A stretch of 63,817 nucleotides of DNA, filler included, from Lama guanicoe (lineage: Eukaryota): assembly GCA_013239625.1 (NCBI GenBank). It is 140 parts of 140 records of this genome, joined end to end, with 100 filler letters (N's around TTAATTAATTAA, not from the genome) between each part and the next. Parts side by side here need not be neighbours in the genome. Positions count along the whole stretch, not along the records: positions 1 to 355 come from PNXV01057834.1; positions 456 to 806 come from PNXV01057835.1; positions 907 to 1,261 come from PNXV01057836.1; positions 1,362 to 1,716 come from PNXV01057837.1; positions 1,817 to 2,171 come from PNXV01057838.1; positions 2,272 to 2,626 come from PNXV01057839.1; positions 2,727 to 3,081 come from PNXV01057840.1; positions 3,182 to 3,536 come from PNXV01057841.1; 132 more parts are not named here. The stretch is one strand, 5' to 3'. Below are positions 1 to 11,733 of the stretch, piece after piece; positions within the stretch are counted from its first letter, which is position 1, and every line of letters begins with the position of its first letter. Made by a program: the position numbers and the translations under genes. Under the pieces are notes generated by a model. That model did not search any database. It was not told the DNA's origin and worked only from the letters and a program-made list of their open reading frames with translations.

Positions 1-355
1 AAAGAAAAGCACAAGTAAACAAACAAATGGGACCTAACTGAACTTACAAGTTTCTGCACAGCAAAGGAAACTGTAAGCAAAACAAAAAGACAACCTACTG
101 AATGGGAGAAAATACTTGCAAATGATTCGACTGACAAAGGCTTAATTTCCAGACTACACAATCAGCTCATACAACTCAATAACCAAAAAACAAACCACCC
201 AATCCAAAAATGGGCAGAAGACCTGAACATGCATTTCTCCAGTGAAGACACACAAACGGCCAACAGGCACATGAAAAAATGCTCAATACCTCATTAACAG
301 ATAAACGCAAATCAAAACTACACACCAGTCAGAAAGGCCATCATTCAACAAAAGT
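1..355 (+). mobile_element. LINE-1 ORF2 C-terminal fragment (degenerate)
   Basis: Translates to [43 protein letters not shown], matching the L1 ORF2 motif [29 protein letters not shown]. The [12 protein letters not shown] motif follows. Confidence 0.95.
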
Positions 356-455
356 NNNNNNNNNNNNNNNNNNNNNNNNNNNNNNNNNNNNNNNNNNNNT
401 TAATTAATTAANNNNNNNNNNNNNNNNNNNNNNNNNNNNNNNNNNNNNNNNNNNN
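356..455. other. Artificial 100-bp scaffold linker (N44-TTAATTAATTAA-N44); first of about 139 identical linkers through the window
   Basis: N at 356-399, TTAATTAATTAA at 400-411, N at 412-455. The same structure recurs about every 455-458 bp. The palindromic 12-mer has TAA in all six frames. Confidence 0.99.
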
Positions 456-806
456 TTGAAATTCCTGCATTTTTCACTGTAAAACCGAGTTATAGCATGT
501 ACCTACCCATATATATGTATGTATTAGGGTTTGCAACAGAAGAGAAACTATGTGTTCCCAACAAGCAAAGTGAAAAACGGCTTTCACACACGCTTATCTC
601 TACAAACTGAGCATGAGAAGGGATGTTCTTTCATCTAGCACAAAGGGAAAAGGTTGCAGGGAAAACACTTACTCTGGTTTCTCAGTCTGTTTCCTACTGC
701 TAGTTTGAAGTTCCTGTAGGTTTCATGGTAAAACCTAGTTGGATTTTGTACTTCCCCATATATATATATGTAGTGGAGTTCACAAAGGAATAGAAACTTT
801 GTGTTC
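456..806. repeat. Tandem repeat or satellite fragment, period about 249 bp
   Basis: 456-557 aligns without gaps to 705-806 (ttgaa.ttcctg...gtaaaacc.agtt...cccatatatat.tatgta...agaaact.tgtgttc). About 24 mismatches in 102 nt by hand count. Confidence 0.8.
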
Positions 807-906
807 NNNNNNNNNNNNNNNNNNNNNNNNNNNNNNNNNNNNNNNNNNNNTTAATTAATTAANNNNNNNNNNNNNNNNNNNNNNNNNNNNNNNNNNNNNN
901 NNNNNN

Positions 907-1261
907 TGTTGGGGAGGGGAGGGTAATTGACAATTTATATGTAAATGCAAGACCTGAAATGACTGAGACAAACTTGAAGGAAACCAAAAACCTGGAGCTC
1001 TTAATATTACCTCCACACATCGAAACTAATTATAAAGCTGTTAGCAAGAATAAACAAACAGATCCGTGAAAAAGAAGTAAAAGAACAGGGAGCCCTAAGT
1101 GACCCACACATACACAATCACCTGATTTGTATGACAAAAGCATCACTACAATCCAGTGGAGACATAACGCTCTTTTCAAAGGATGGTGCTAGGACAATTA
1201 CATGTTCACACACACAAAAAAATGAACCCTGACCCTGTAACATTCACAAAAATTAATCCAG
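907..1261 (+). mobile_element. Old LINE-1 (L1M) ORF2 relic
   Basis: Degenerate matches to L1 ORF2 3' half: tataaagct, cacctgatttgtatgacaaaagcatcactacaatccagtgg, ggatggtgctaggacaa, aaaattaatcc. Confidence 0.75.
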
Positions 1262-3269
1262 NNNNNNNNNNNNNNNNNNNNNNNNNNNNNNNNNNNNNNN
1301 NNNNNTTAATTAATTAANNNNNNNNNNNNNNNNNNNNNNNNNNNNNNNNNNNNNNNNNNNNTCCTGCTGCCAGCTTCCTCCACAACCATGTCTTCTTCAT
1401 CTCTGAAAGCGGAGCCCAGTCCTGTCCTCCCCAGGCAGCTTCTAGATCTAGGATCCCTCCCTGAACTTCCCGAGCATGAGCCCTGTCCACTTTCCTAGGA
1501 TGGCAGGCACTTCTCAGCATGTCTTCTCTCCTTCTGTGGATTCAGAGATTCTCCCAGACCAGGAAGCTCCTCAATCAGTTCTCAGTCTGCTCTCTGCTCA
1601 GTGCTTGACAGACAGTAAATACTCAATCAAGATTGGGACGTCCTTAATCTACAGAAGTTTTGCACTGTTTCTGATGCCACCCTAAAATTAGAATCAAATC
1701 CCAGAAAAGAATCAGGNNNNNNNNNNNNNNNNNNNNNNNNNNNNNNNNNNNNNNNNNNNNTTAATTAATTAANNNNNNNNNNNNNNNNNNNNNNNNNNNN
1801 NNNNNNNNNNNNNNNNTACCAACTGCGGTGCATTTATTATCCCTGAAAATAACACAGATGACCCCCACCCCTGCCCGACACAGGCTGTTGTAAGGTTTTT
1901 TTGTGACAAAGCCCAACTTATTGAAGTCAGACACCTTGCCGCAGTTGTGCCCTCACACGGAATCGGCTACACTGAGATCTGGGACATACTCAAGGTCACA
2001 CAGGGAACTTGCAGAGGCCGCCCCATCCCATCCATTCGCTTCCATGTTCTCAGTCTCCCCGTTTCTATGTCCCATCCAAGTCAAAAACACGTGCTTTGCT
2101 TGTGTAGTTGAAAGCAGCGATGGAAGGGGATACGTTCCAGAATTCTGGCTACCTCACCTCAGAGAACCAAGNNNNNNNNNNNNNNNNNNNNNNNNNNNNN
2201 NNNNNNNNNNNNNNNTTAATTAATTAANNNNNNNNNNNNNNNNNNNNNNNNNNNNNNNNNNNNNNNNNNNNTAACTGCGTGTCTTTGGGCAGGTCACTTA
2301 TCCTAAGCCTCAGCGTTGTCAGAATGATGACAACGGCACAAATGCAAATGACGTCCGAGTGCTGGAGAACTTGTCTGCCCCTCCACATCCTCTCCCCTCT
2401 TCTGCTCTTCGTCGAGCTCTCTGCCCCGGGGGCTGAGGCTGAGATGCTGTAGGAAGTTAGGTTCATCCTAAGGGAGCTCCAGCAGGAGCTGGGAGGGCAG
2501 GAGCGCAAGGGAGGATGTGGTCCTCTGGCCCCTCTGGCCCCTCTGGCCACCTGGCTCTCCCTAAGGTCACAGCTGCGCTCAGGCAGCCTCTCCTTCAGCG
2601 AGAGCTTGGGTGAATCACTCTCTCCCNNNNNNNNNNNNNNNNNNNNNNNNNNNNNNNNNNNNNNNNNNNNTTAATTAATTAANNNNNNNNNNNNNNNNNN
2701 NNNNNNNNNNNNNNNNNNNNNNNNNNGCTTATTTGGTGAGTGTTAGAAGCAATATCTGGCTAACGGTGTCAATGGTACTAAACTAATATCATTAACAAAG
2801 AAAAATATTTCTGATTTTTTAAATTAAAACTGCCATCTCTCAGAAAGTTTCCTAGCCTGAATGGCATACTATAGTTTGATTAGTATACAGAAGTAATATT
2901 AAATAGATTTTTAACAACTGCTTTTCATCTTCTTAATTTTATGCCCTTCAATCATAAATATCTTGAATTGCTTACAAAGACTTCCAGAGGTTCATAAAAT
3001 TTGGGGGTAGAATTAAAACAGAAATAAATCCTGGAAATACAACAGTTCTTGGCATATGATGACTTTTAGCATAGGAAAAAANNNNNNNNNNNNNNNNNNN
3101 NNNNNNNNNNNNNNNNNNNNNNNNNTTAATTAATTAANNNNNNNNNNNNNNNNNNNNNNNNNNNNNNNNNNNNNNNNNNNNGTATCCAGGTGTCTGAAGT
3201 AATACTTCTCTTTATTTTGTTTGTATGTTTACTCAGTGCAGTGACAATTATAGCTAAGACTTGCTGGAG

Positions 3270-3480
3270 CACTTCCTGTGTTTCAGATACTGCTTTATGT
3301 CCTTTACATAAATTAGATTACTGAATCTTTCCAAATATTCCTTGAGGTAGGTGTTCTCTTCATTTTACAGATGAGGAAAGTGAATCACAGGGATGCTAAG
3401 AGCTTTGCCAAAACCCTATAGTGTGTAAATGACCAAGCTAGGAGAAGAACCCAGCCTTCTGGCTGCAGGAATGGTATTCT
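3270..3480. mobile_element. MIR SINE (representative; other MIR relics near 2272-2340, 7520-7620, 16850-16925, 53150-53284, 58060-58240)
   Basis: MIR core cattttacagatgaggaaagtgaatcacag, with flanks resembling the MIR consensus. Confidence 0.8.
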
Positions 3481-5001
3481 CTTTACCTCACAGAGATTTC
3501 AAATATTTTTATTCTTTTGTTTTTCTCCTTTGTTATNNNNNNNNNNNNNNNNNNNNNNNNNNNNNNNNNNNNNNNNNNNNTTAATTAATTAANNNNNNNN
3601 NNNNNNNNNNNNNNNNNNNNNNNNNNNNNNNNNNNNGAAGGCCCTGGACCAGCTCGGACTGGCCCTCCCGCCAAGGCCTTCCTGTGTAGGTGGCACTGCC
3701 CGGCAAGTGGAGGCCGCCCTGGACCCTCCGGGGCACAGGCGACCTGGGGCGCAATAACGCGGGAGGCCCGGGACTTCGGGAGCTTGTTGGCCTGCCCGTG
3801 AGATCAAAAGCTTTTGGCAGAACAGCTGGATTTGCTCCCATCTCCCTCTGTGGCCTGGCCTGGGGTGGCCTCTGCTGCCCCGTGATCACGGGACTCACCT
3901 CTCGCATTCAGCCTGCTCCCAGGAGGCAGGTGCAGTGTGGTCAGCGGTTGGGGATGCGGACAGCGGCAGGGGTAGGGGGCTGCCTCAGGCTNNNNNNNNN
4001 NNNNNNNNNNNNNNNNNNNNNNNNNNNNNNNNNNNTTAATTAATTAANNNNNNNNNNNNNNNNNNNNNNNNNNNNNNNNNNNNNNNNNNNNGGCAATTTT
4101 GCAATGATTCCCTCTCTTTACTGATTCCCTCTTTATCAGAGTCCTTGAGAGGCCCTGTCATCACTGTCAGGATCATCAGCACCATCATGCAACTGATTCC
4201 TCTGGAAGAGTCTAGGGAAATAGGGATGGATGTGGATCATGTAGGTGAGTGTGTGCGTATACAATAAGAACAATTATCAGACATTAGATGCACAATATCC
4301 ACTCCATTTAGAAAAGAATGTGGCCATGAAATCCTGCTGTGGTGAACGAAGGAAGCTGTGGGAACAGAATGGTCAACGGAAAGGAGGAGGAAGTGAGCAA
4401 AGGTGGGAGCACAGATCCTCGGTTAGGAGACCAGCGCGTTGGTGTGNNNNNNNNNNNNNNNNNNNNNNNNNNNNNNNNNNNNNNNNNNNNTTAATTAATT
4501 AANNNNNNNNNNNNNNNNNNNNNNNNNNNNNNNNNNNNNNNNNNNNCCATGAGGTGGCCGTGGGCCTGCTGGGTCTCTCCTTGGCTGCTGGTATCTATTG
4601 TGGGTGATGGGTGGGGAGGGGAGCAGCAGCTGCTCTTCTAAGGGTGAAATTGGTAGTTACATTGGCCTCAGGAGGGGAGGGAGATGGGGGCTCCCAGCTT
4701 CCGAGAATTTCACATAGTCCTGGCATTGGATGTCTCTGTAATTGGTAATGTAAGACTTGTAGACAGTTGACAAGTTTGACAGTTGGCAATCTACAAGACT
4801 CACATTGCAGTCATTGACAATGATAAATAAATGCTGTAGGTATGGAGGATGCAGAAATAAATACAGTGTGGTCCCCTAGTGCATATTTGTTTGTGAACAC
4901 ANNNNNNNNNNNNNNNNNNNNNNNNNNNNNNNNNNNNNNNNNNNNTTAATTAATTAANNNNNNNNNNNNNNNNNNNNNNNNNNNNNNNNNNNNNNNNNNN
5001 N

Positions 5002-5355
5002 GAGAAAGAAAAATACCATATGATACCACTTATATGTGGAATCTTAAAAAGGGTGAGGAGGGGCCACAAATGAACTTATTTACCAAACAGACACAGACTC
5101 ACAGACATAGAAGACAAACTTATGGGTACCAGAGGGGAAATGGGGTGGGTAGGGGTAAATTTTGGGAGTTAGGGATTTGCAGGTACAAACTGCTATATAT
5201 AAAATAGACAAACAGAAAGGTTGTACTGTACAGCACAGGGAACTATATTCAATACCTTGTAATGTCCTATAATAAAAAGAATATGAAAAGGAATATATGT
5301 ATGTATAACTGAATTACTATGCTGTACACCAGAAACTAACACAAAATTGTAAATC
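5002..5355 (+). mobile_element. LINE-1 3' UTR (cetartiodactyl-type)
   Basis: taccatatgataccacttatatgtggaatct...cagactcacagacatagaagacaaacttatgg...cagcacagggaactatattcaata...gctgtacaccagaaactaacac. Confidence 0.93.
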
Positions 5356-5455
5356 NNNNNNNNNNNNNNNNNNNNNNNNNNNNNNNNNNNNNNNNNNNNT
5401 TAATTAATTAANNNNNNNNNNNNNNNNNNNNNNNNNNNNNNNNNNNNNNNNNNNN

Positions 5456-5810
5456 ATTGAAGTACAGTTGATTTACAATGTTGTGTTAGTTTCAGGTGTA
5501 CAGCCAAGTGATTCTGTTATCCATATCTATGTGTGTGTATATATGTATTTTTCATATTCTTTTCCATTATAAGTTATTACAAGGTATAATATCTGTATTA
5601 TACAGTAGGTCCTTGTTGTTTATCTATAGTGGTGTGTATCTGTTAGTCTCAAAGTCCTAATTGATCCCTCTCCCCCTTTCCCCTTTGATAGCCATAACTT
5701 TGTTTTCTACCTCTGTGAGTCTATTTGTTTTATAAATAAGTTCATTGGTAACATTTTTTAATAGATTCCACATATAAGTGATATCACATAATATTTGTCT
5801 TTCTTTGTCT
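5456..5810 (-). mobile_element. LINE-1 3' UTR
   Basis: Reverse complement of the same 3' end (ttgaagtacagttgatttacaatgttgtgttagtttcaggtgtacagc...ttccacatataagtgatatcac). Confidence 0.93.
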
Positions 5811-5910
5811 NNNNNNNNNNNNNNNNNNNNNNNNNNNNNNNNNNNNNNNNNNNNTTAATTAATTAANNNNNNNNNNNNNNNNNNNNNNNNNNNNNNNNNN
5901 NNNNNNNNNN

Positions 5911-6002
5911 AGCATGCATGAGGTCCTGGGTTCAACCCCTAGTACCTCCTCCAAAAATAAATAAATAAGTAAACTAACTACCTCCACCAAAGAAAAAAAA
6001 AA
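5911..6002 (+). mobile_element. tRNA-derived SINE, Vic-1-like (3' part)
   Basis: agcatgcatgaggtcctgggttcaacccctagtacctcc contains the B-box GGTTCAACCC. It is followed by aaataaataaataag..taactacctcc and an A tail. Same family as 33732-33857. Confidence 0.85.
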
Positions 6003-6365
6003 TTCTCCACAATGCCCCATCCACAGCCAGCATCGCCATGCATGTACCTGTAACTCACTTAACATCACCCAGCTCACCCCCCGCCATGACACACGACCAC
6101 TGGCCCAGCGGAGTCAGCGAGGTGTTGCAAGCGTGGGGACAAAGGTCCAGGCTTCCTTAAGTGATGGATACAAAAAAGGCTGTGGTGCTAAAAGCAAACA
6201 CCGCCTGACACCCTGATGGCCCGGCCCCCTGCATCACTGGGACTGAGGAAGCCACTGTAAGAGAGNNNNNNNNNNNNNNNNNNNNNNNNNNNNNNNNNNN
6301 NNNNNNNNNTTAATTAATTAANNNNNNNNNNNNNNNNNNNNNNNNNNNNNNNNNNNNNNNNNNNN

Positions 6366-6720
6366 GCAAGAGGCCATTTTTTTTGTACACAAATGTTCAT
6401 AGTAGCATTATTTGTAATAGCCAAAAAAGGAAACAATCTAAATGTGCATCAACTGAAGGATGGTTAAACAAAATATGGGGTGTCCATGCAATGGTGTATC
6501 ATTCAGTCATAAAAAGGAATCAAGTTCTGATACATGCTACAATGTGGATGCACTTTGAAAACATTATGCCAAGATAAAGTCAGTCCCCAAAGACCACATG
6601 TTGTTATGATTCCATCTATCTGGAATAGAATCTATTTGGAAATGTCCAAAATAGGCAAATCTATAGAAACAGAAAGTTGTTTGTTGGCTGCCTTGGGCTG
6701 AGGAGCTTGGGGGTGGGGGG
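6366..6720 (+). mobile_element. L1MB-type LINE-1 3' region
   Basis: caaatgttcatagtagcattatttgtaatagccaaaa...catgctacaatgtggatgcactttgaaaacattatgc...aggcaaatctatagaaacagaaag. Confidence 0.88.
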
Positions 6721-6820
6721 NNNNNNNNNNNNNNNNNNNNNNNNNNNNNNNNNNNNNNNNNNNNTTAATTAATTAANNNNNNNNNNNNNNNNNNNNNNNN
6801 NNNNNNNNNNNNNNNNNNNN

Positions 6821-6900
6821 ATGTACGTATGTGCATGACTGGGACACTGTGCTGTACATGAGAAATTGACACATTGTCACTTCACTTCAATTAAAAAAAA
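6821..6900 (+). mobile_element. Young LINE-1 3' terminus with A tail (same type at 46058-46190)
   Basis: catgactgggacactgtgctgtacatgagaaattgacacattgt...cttcaattaaaaaaaa; closely similar to 46115-46190. Confidence 0.8.
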
Positions 6901-8642
6901 TTAAGTGGCTGAGCCAGGTCAGCTGGCATCTTGGGCACACATTCAGTAGTGGGACAGCCAGTGTGGCCCCTGTGTCTCCACCCAGAAACCGGTCATGTTA
7001 CAAGAGCAAAGCACCCACCACGTTTTCACCAACTTTCTAAACTTTTTCAAAAGGCAAAGTGTCTTTCACACTTTGATTCTGGGCAACTCAAAATTAAGCA
7101 TGGCACCCACTCTTGTGGGTTATGGATGCCCTTGGCAGAGGTTTTGCAGCAGGTGGAAAGATACATGGGTCCCCTNNNNNNNNNNNNNNNNNNNNNNNNN
7201 NNNNNNNNNNNNNNNNNNNTTAATTAATTAANNNNNNNNNNNNNNNNNNNNNNNNNNNNNNNNNNNNNNNNNNNNGAAGGGGTGGACACCTGGGACAAAT
7301 CGAGGTTAGTAAGGAGGGAGGAAGAGGAAGATATGCCTGTTGAGATACTAACAGTGTTCACATCCTGGATTTTTCAAGAATAGCACTGGTTTCAAGTATT
7401 TTGTTCCGCAGGGTTGCAAAACATGATCATCATTGAAATGACTATTTCAAAAACTCTCAAAATCCTCTGATGAATGTACTGTGTCCTGGAAAGATAGTGA
7501 GACTATCAGGACCCAAAAGAGCTGAGGTCCAGTTCTTTTTTTGTCATTGATTAACCCATTGTCCTTGAGAAATTCACTTAGATGTTCTGAACCCCAGCTT
7601 TTACTTCTGTAAGAGTGTTGAAACAGAGAGTNNNNNNNNNNNNNNNNNNNNNNNNNNNNNNNNNNNNNNNNNNNNTTAATTAATTAANNNNNNNNNNNNN
7701 NNNNNNNNNNNNNNNNNNNNNNNNNNNNNNNGATCCTAAAGCCTTTTAAAACTTCTGCAGGTGTACTGTCTGTAGATTTCAGACTACTATTAGGGTCACT
7801 CAGTGTAAACTAACCATCTGTAAATGGCTTACTTGACCATTAAGGAAAGAAGCAAATGGGTGGACTAGGGTTGAATCAGTACTGCATGTCTAAGAGCTTT
7901 GTCCACTTACCAGAGTTTTATTGTTTTTCTTTTGGTTGCATGGACCTTGGTTTACTTAGAATCTCAATCCAGCATCTTCCATATTTGTTAAGCACTTTTT
8001 TCAAGGTCGTATTGGACTTTCCATTTTATGTATGGTGTTTCCTATGGTGAGTACTATAATGTGTCTATATTTCTCTATTTATATTTNNNNNNNNNNNNNN
8101 NNNNNNNNNNNNNNNNNNNNNNNNNNNNNNTTAATTAATTAANNNNNNNNNNNNNNNNNNNNNNNNNNNNNNNNNNNNNNNNNNNNGTATTCCCTAGCCT
8201 AGCCAAATAGTTTTAATTTTTACACATGCCAATGTACAAATGTGCTGAAACAGATAATGACGCTTTATGTTGCTTCTTCCCCTGAATTTCTTCAGAGAAG
8301 GAGCCTAGGGTAGAGGAGGACCAACTCTCCCACTAGAGGAGGCCAGAGGAAGGGCTGTCTGTGAGCCCATGCCCAGCACAGAGCCGTCTCTTGTCAGTGG
8401 AGTGAAACTGAGTGAAGCCATTTCCTCAGCATCATTCAACCCTCGGAAAAAATAATGCCAAGTTATTTCTTTTCCTCCAAACAATCTTTCATGCCTGTTG
8501 ACTATCCTGCCAAGGGAGGGCTAAATATCAGCCCTGTTCTATNNNNNNNNNNNNNNNNNNNNNNNNNNNNNNNNNNNNNNNNNNNNTTAATTAATTAANN
8601 NNNNNNNNNNNNNNNNNNNNNNNNNNNNNNNNNNNNNNNNNN

Positions 8643-8998
8643 GGGGGGGGCAGGAAGTGTAGGCACCCTCAGTGGAACTTCATGGAACTACATCTTAATT
8701 TCTGTTTGACATTTTTGCCTTTGCATTTTTGCTTTTTTATTTCTCTAAAAATGTCTCCATACACTGCCAACACTTGCTTTCAGTCCTGTGTTCATGGCAT
8801 AGAAGAGTCCATGTTGTGAAAGAAGTTAACAGTTTTGAATTATGGAAACCCTTCTGCCAGATTTTCTGACATCAATTTGTTTGCTTCTCCATCTTCTCCC
8901 TGTCATCTGGCTTGAAAGTACTCATCTCCATCAACTTGTCTTCGGTTAATTCTTCTTGGAGTGCTGTTTATTAAGCTCTTGAATTTCTCTAAGATCCA
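8643..8998 (-). mobile_element. Tigger2-type (TcMar-Tigger) transposase C-terminal relic, frameshifted
   Basis: The minus strand gives broken peptides DLREIQEL, QEELTEDKLMEMS, ENLAEGF, NMDSSM, YGDIFREIKKQK. These match the recalled Tigger2 transposase tail (MDLGEIQELID..EELTEDDLMEMS..NLAEGF..YRNIFREMKKQK). Confidence 0.8.
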
Positions 8999-9394
8999 NN
9001 NNNNNNNNNNNNNNNNNNNNNNNNNNNNNNNNNNNNNNNNNNTTAATTAATTAANNNNNNNNNNNNNNNNNNNNNNNNNNNNNNNNNNNNNNNNNNNNCC
9101 CCATTCTAACATAAATATGGAAAACTTTAATGTTTGGCACTCACACTACATTTAAGATATACTATTAATAAACAGCTAAAAGGATGTAAACCTGCTCAGA
9201 GCTGCAGCCTGCCTCCTAGTTCTTTTTACTTCCTCCCATATCACCATAAAATGTTAGAGCTGGAAAGGGCTGGCAGACGTCATTCCCTTCAGATTAGGAA
9301 AACTTAAGACCCAGAAAGGTACACCACTTGGCCTCAGTGGCAGAGCCTGGCTAGGCCCCCGGCATCCCTGCAGCCCAGGACCCTCCTCCAGGCG

Positions 9395-9454
9395 TCTGCA
9401 CAGTATGGTCCACGGACCAGCACGATCAGCATCACCGGAGCTGATCCGAAGTGC
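9395..9454. mobile_element. MER5-type hAT-Charlie MITE fragment
   Basis: agtatggtccacggaccagcacgatcagcatcaccggagctg resembles the MER5A 5' part. Confidence 0.6.
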
Positions 9455-10010
9455 NNNNNNNNNNNNNNNNNNNNNNNNNNNNNNNNNNNNNNNNNNNNTT
9501 AATTAATTAANNNNNNNNNNNNNNNNNNNNNNNNNNNNNNNNNNNNNNNNNNNNCTGCTAAATAAAAATAAAAGAGGACGGGAGAATTCCAGAAAGATGA
9601 GTATCTGACTTCACACAATTTCATTCATAGTGGCTTCAAGTGATCAAAACATTCCAAAACTGAGAAAAAGCTAAAAGATATTAGGGGGAAAAAAAACTCA
9701 AAAAACTGTTTCTCTTGCTTAAGTTAACAGACTCTAGCTCAGACTCACCCCTCTCAAAGACTTAGGCTGTGTGCACATTTCCAAAAGCATGTGCTAAGTT
9801 GCCCAGTGTGATTTTGGAATTCTAACCTCCCATACAAGGGCAGATCTTTAAATTTTGCTCCTTATAAAACACAAAGCCTAGCATATATTCAACAAATGTG
9901 TGCTGAACTGNNNNNNNNNNNNNNNNNNNNNNNNNNNNNNNNNNNNNNNNNNNNTTAATTAATTAANNNNNNNNNNNNNNNNNNNNNNNNNNNNNNNNNN
10001 NNNNNNNNNN

Positions 10011-10365
10011 CATGGATGGACCTAGAAATTATCATACAAAGTGAAGTAAGTCAGAGAAAGACAAATACCATATGCTGCCAGTTATATATGGAATGTTTAA
10101 AAAATGATACTTATGATACTTGTTTACAAAACACTCACAGACACAGAAAACAAACTTATGGTTACCAAAAGGGAAGGAGGTGAGCAGGGATAAATTAGGA
10201 GCTTGGAATTAGCAGATACAAACTACTATACATAAAACAGGTCCTCATGTATATCTCAGGGAACTACATTCAATATCTTGTAATAATCTATAATGAAAAA
10301 GAATACATTATGCATATGTATAACTGAATCACCATGCTGTACACCAGAAACTAACACAACACTGT
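10011..10365 (+). mobile_element. LINE-1 3' UTR
   Basis: catggatggacctagaaattatcatacaaagtgaagtaagtcag...caaacttatggttaccaaaaggg...gctgtacaccagaaactaacacaacactgt. Confidence 0.93.
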
Positions 10366-10465
10366 NNNNNNNNNNNNNNNNNNNNNNNNNNNNNNNNNNN
10401 NNNNNNNNNTTAATTAATTAANNNNNNNNNNNNNNNNNNNNNNNNNNNNNNNNNNNNNNNNNNNN

Positions 10466-10821
10466 AGTATAGTTGATTTATAATATTACATTAGTTTCAG
10501 GTGTACAACATAGTAATTCAGTATTTTTATATATTATACTCCATTTAATATTATTGCACATATTGGCTGCATTCTGTATGCTGTAAAATATTGTATCTCA
10601 CTTACTTTGTACTTTGTAGTTCGTACCTCTTAAACACATACCACAACTTGCTTTTCCCCTATCCCTCTTCCCACTGCCAATCACTAGTTTCTTTTCTATG
10701 CCTGTGAATCTGTTTCTGCTTAATTATATTTATCCACTTGTTTTATTTTTTAAATTTCACATATAAATGATAACATGTACTTGTTTTTCTCTGATATATT
10801 CCACTAAACATAATACTCTCA
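10466..10821 (-). mobile_element. LINE-1 3' UTR (L1MA-type)
   Basis: agtatagttgatttataatattacattagtttcaggtgtacaacatagtaattcagtattttt...ttcacatataaatgataacat. Confidence 0.88.
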
Positions 10822-11208
10822 NNNNNNNNNNNNNNNNNNNNNNNNNNNNNNNNNNNNNNNNNNNNTTAATTAATTAANNNNNNNNNNNNNNNNNNNNNNN
10901 NNNNNNNNNNNNNNNNNNNNNCATTGCAAAGGGTCCTAACGGGGGCAGCTCCTTGCTTGCTGGTCAGCCCCGGGCAGAGAACGGACACCCTGGAGTGGGG
11001 GTCAGGCTGGGGCCTGCCACTCAAAGAGCCACTGATTCTGGCAGGGATTTTTGAAATGAGAGCAGACTGGTGGGACTCAACGATCTCTAATCCTGCCACT
11101 GAGGGAACGGGACCAGGGGGAAAATTCCAGCCTTGGAAAGAAAGCACCCTGGCTTCCAAGTCCCAGCCCCGCAGAGGCTGGCTGGTAGGAGGCGGACTGT
11201 CCACTTCT

Positions 11209-11277
11209 CGGATTGCCAGATAACGTAGAGGGCACCCAGGTGAATTTCAACTTCAAATAAACAAGAGATTTTTTTTT
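11209..11277. mobile_element. MER53-like hAT MITE arm
   Basis: ggattgccagataacgtagagggcacccaggtgaatttcaacttcaaataaacaa resembles the recalled MER53 end GGGTTGCCAGATAAAATACAGGACGCCCAGTTAAATTTGAATTTCAGATAAACAA. Confidence 0.7.
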
Positions 11278-11377
11278 NNNNNNNNNNNNNNNNNNNNNNN
11301 NNNNNNNNNNNNNNNNNNNNNTTAATTAATTAANNNNNNNNNNNNNNNNNNNNNNNNNNNNNNNNNNNNNNNNNNNN

Positions 11378-11733
11378 CGCCGACTGGGCGCCAGCCTCTC
11401 ACTCACCCTTCACCATGGTTGCAGCACAAAGCGACCGGCCCCGGAGGCCGCTTCCTCCCTGAGGAGCGGCGGGGCGGCCGCCGAGGCGCAGGAGGAGGAA
11501 GAGGCGGGGAAGAGGAGGGGAGTCGCCGCTTCCCAAACACTCTCCGGGGGGCTGTGCGCGACGCCCGCTGCTGGGAGTCCGGAGCCGGCCGCCCGCGGCC
11601 CCTTCCCTCCCACGCCCCGCGCAGACCGGGAACAAAGTTGCCGAGAGCGACCGGGCCGAGGGCGCGGCGCGGCGGCGCGCTGGCCGCTCCGAGCGCGCCC
11701 ATGGCGGGAGGCGGCGGCGGGGCGCACGGCAGC
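11378..11733 (-). promoter_or_regulatory. CpG island containing a probable first exon of an unidentified gene
   Basis: Very GC- and CpG-rich. The minus strand reads gcaaccATGGTGAAGG|gtgagt (ATG 11416-11414; consensus splice donor 11406-11401). A second strong Kozak ATG, cccgccATGG, starts at 11702. Confidence 0.7.

Noticed and set aside
2521..2550. Three copies of cctctggcc (and a tandem gacgtggtacc duplication near 57057-57078)
   Set aside because: These are ordinary short slippage duplications with no further structure.
6383..6577. ORF MYTNVHSSIICNSQKRKQSKC... and similar ORFs (44639-44902, 24810-24998, 41893-42120)
   Set aside because: These are translations of LINE-1 3' ends, not host genes.
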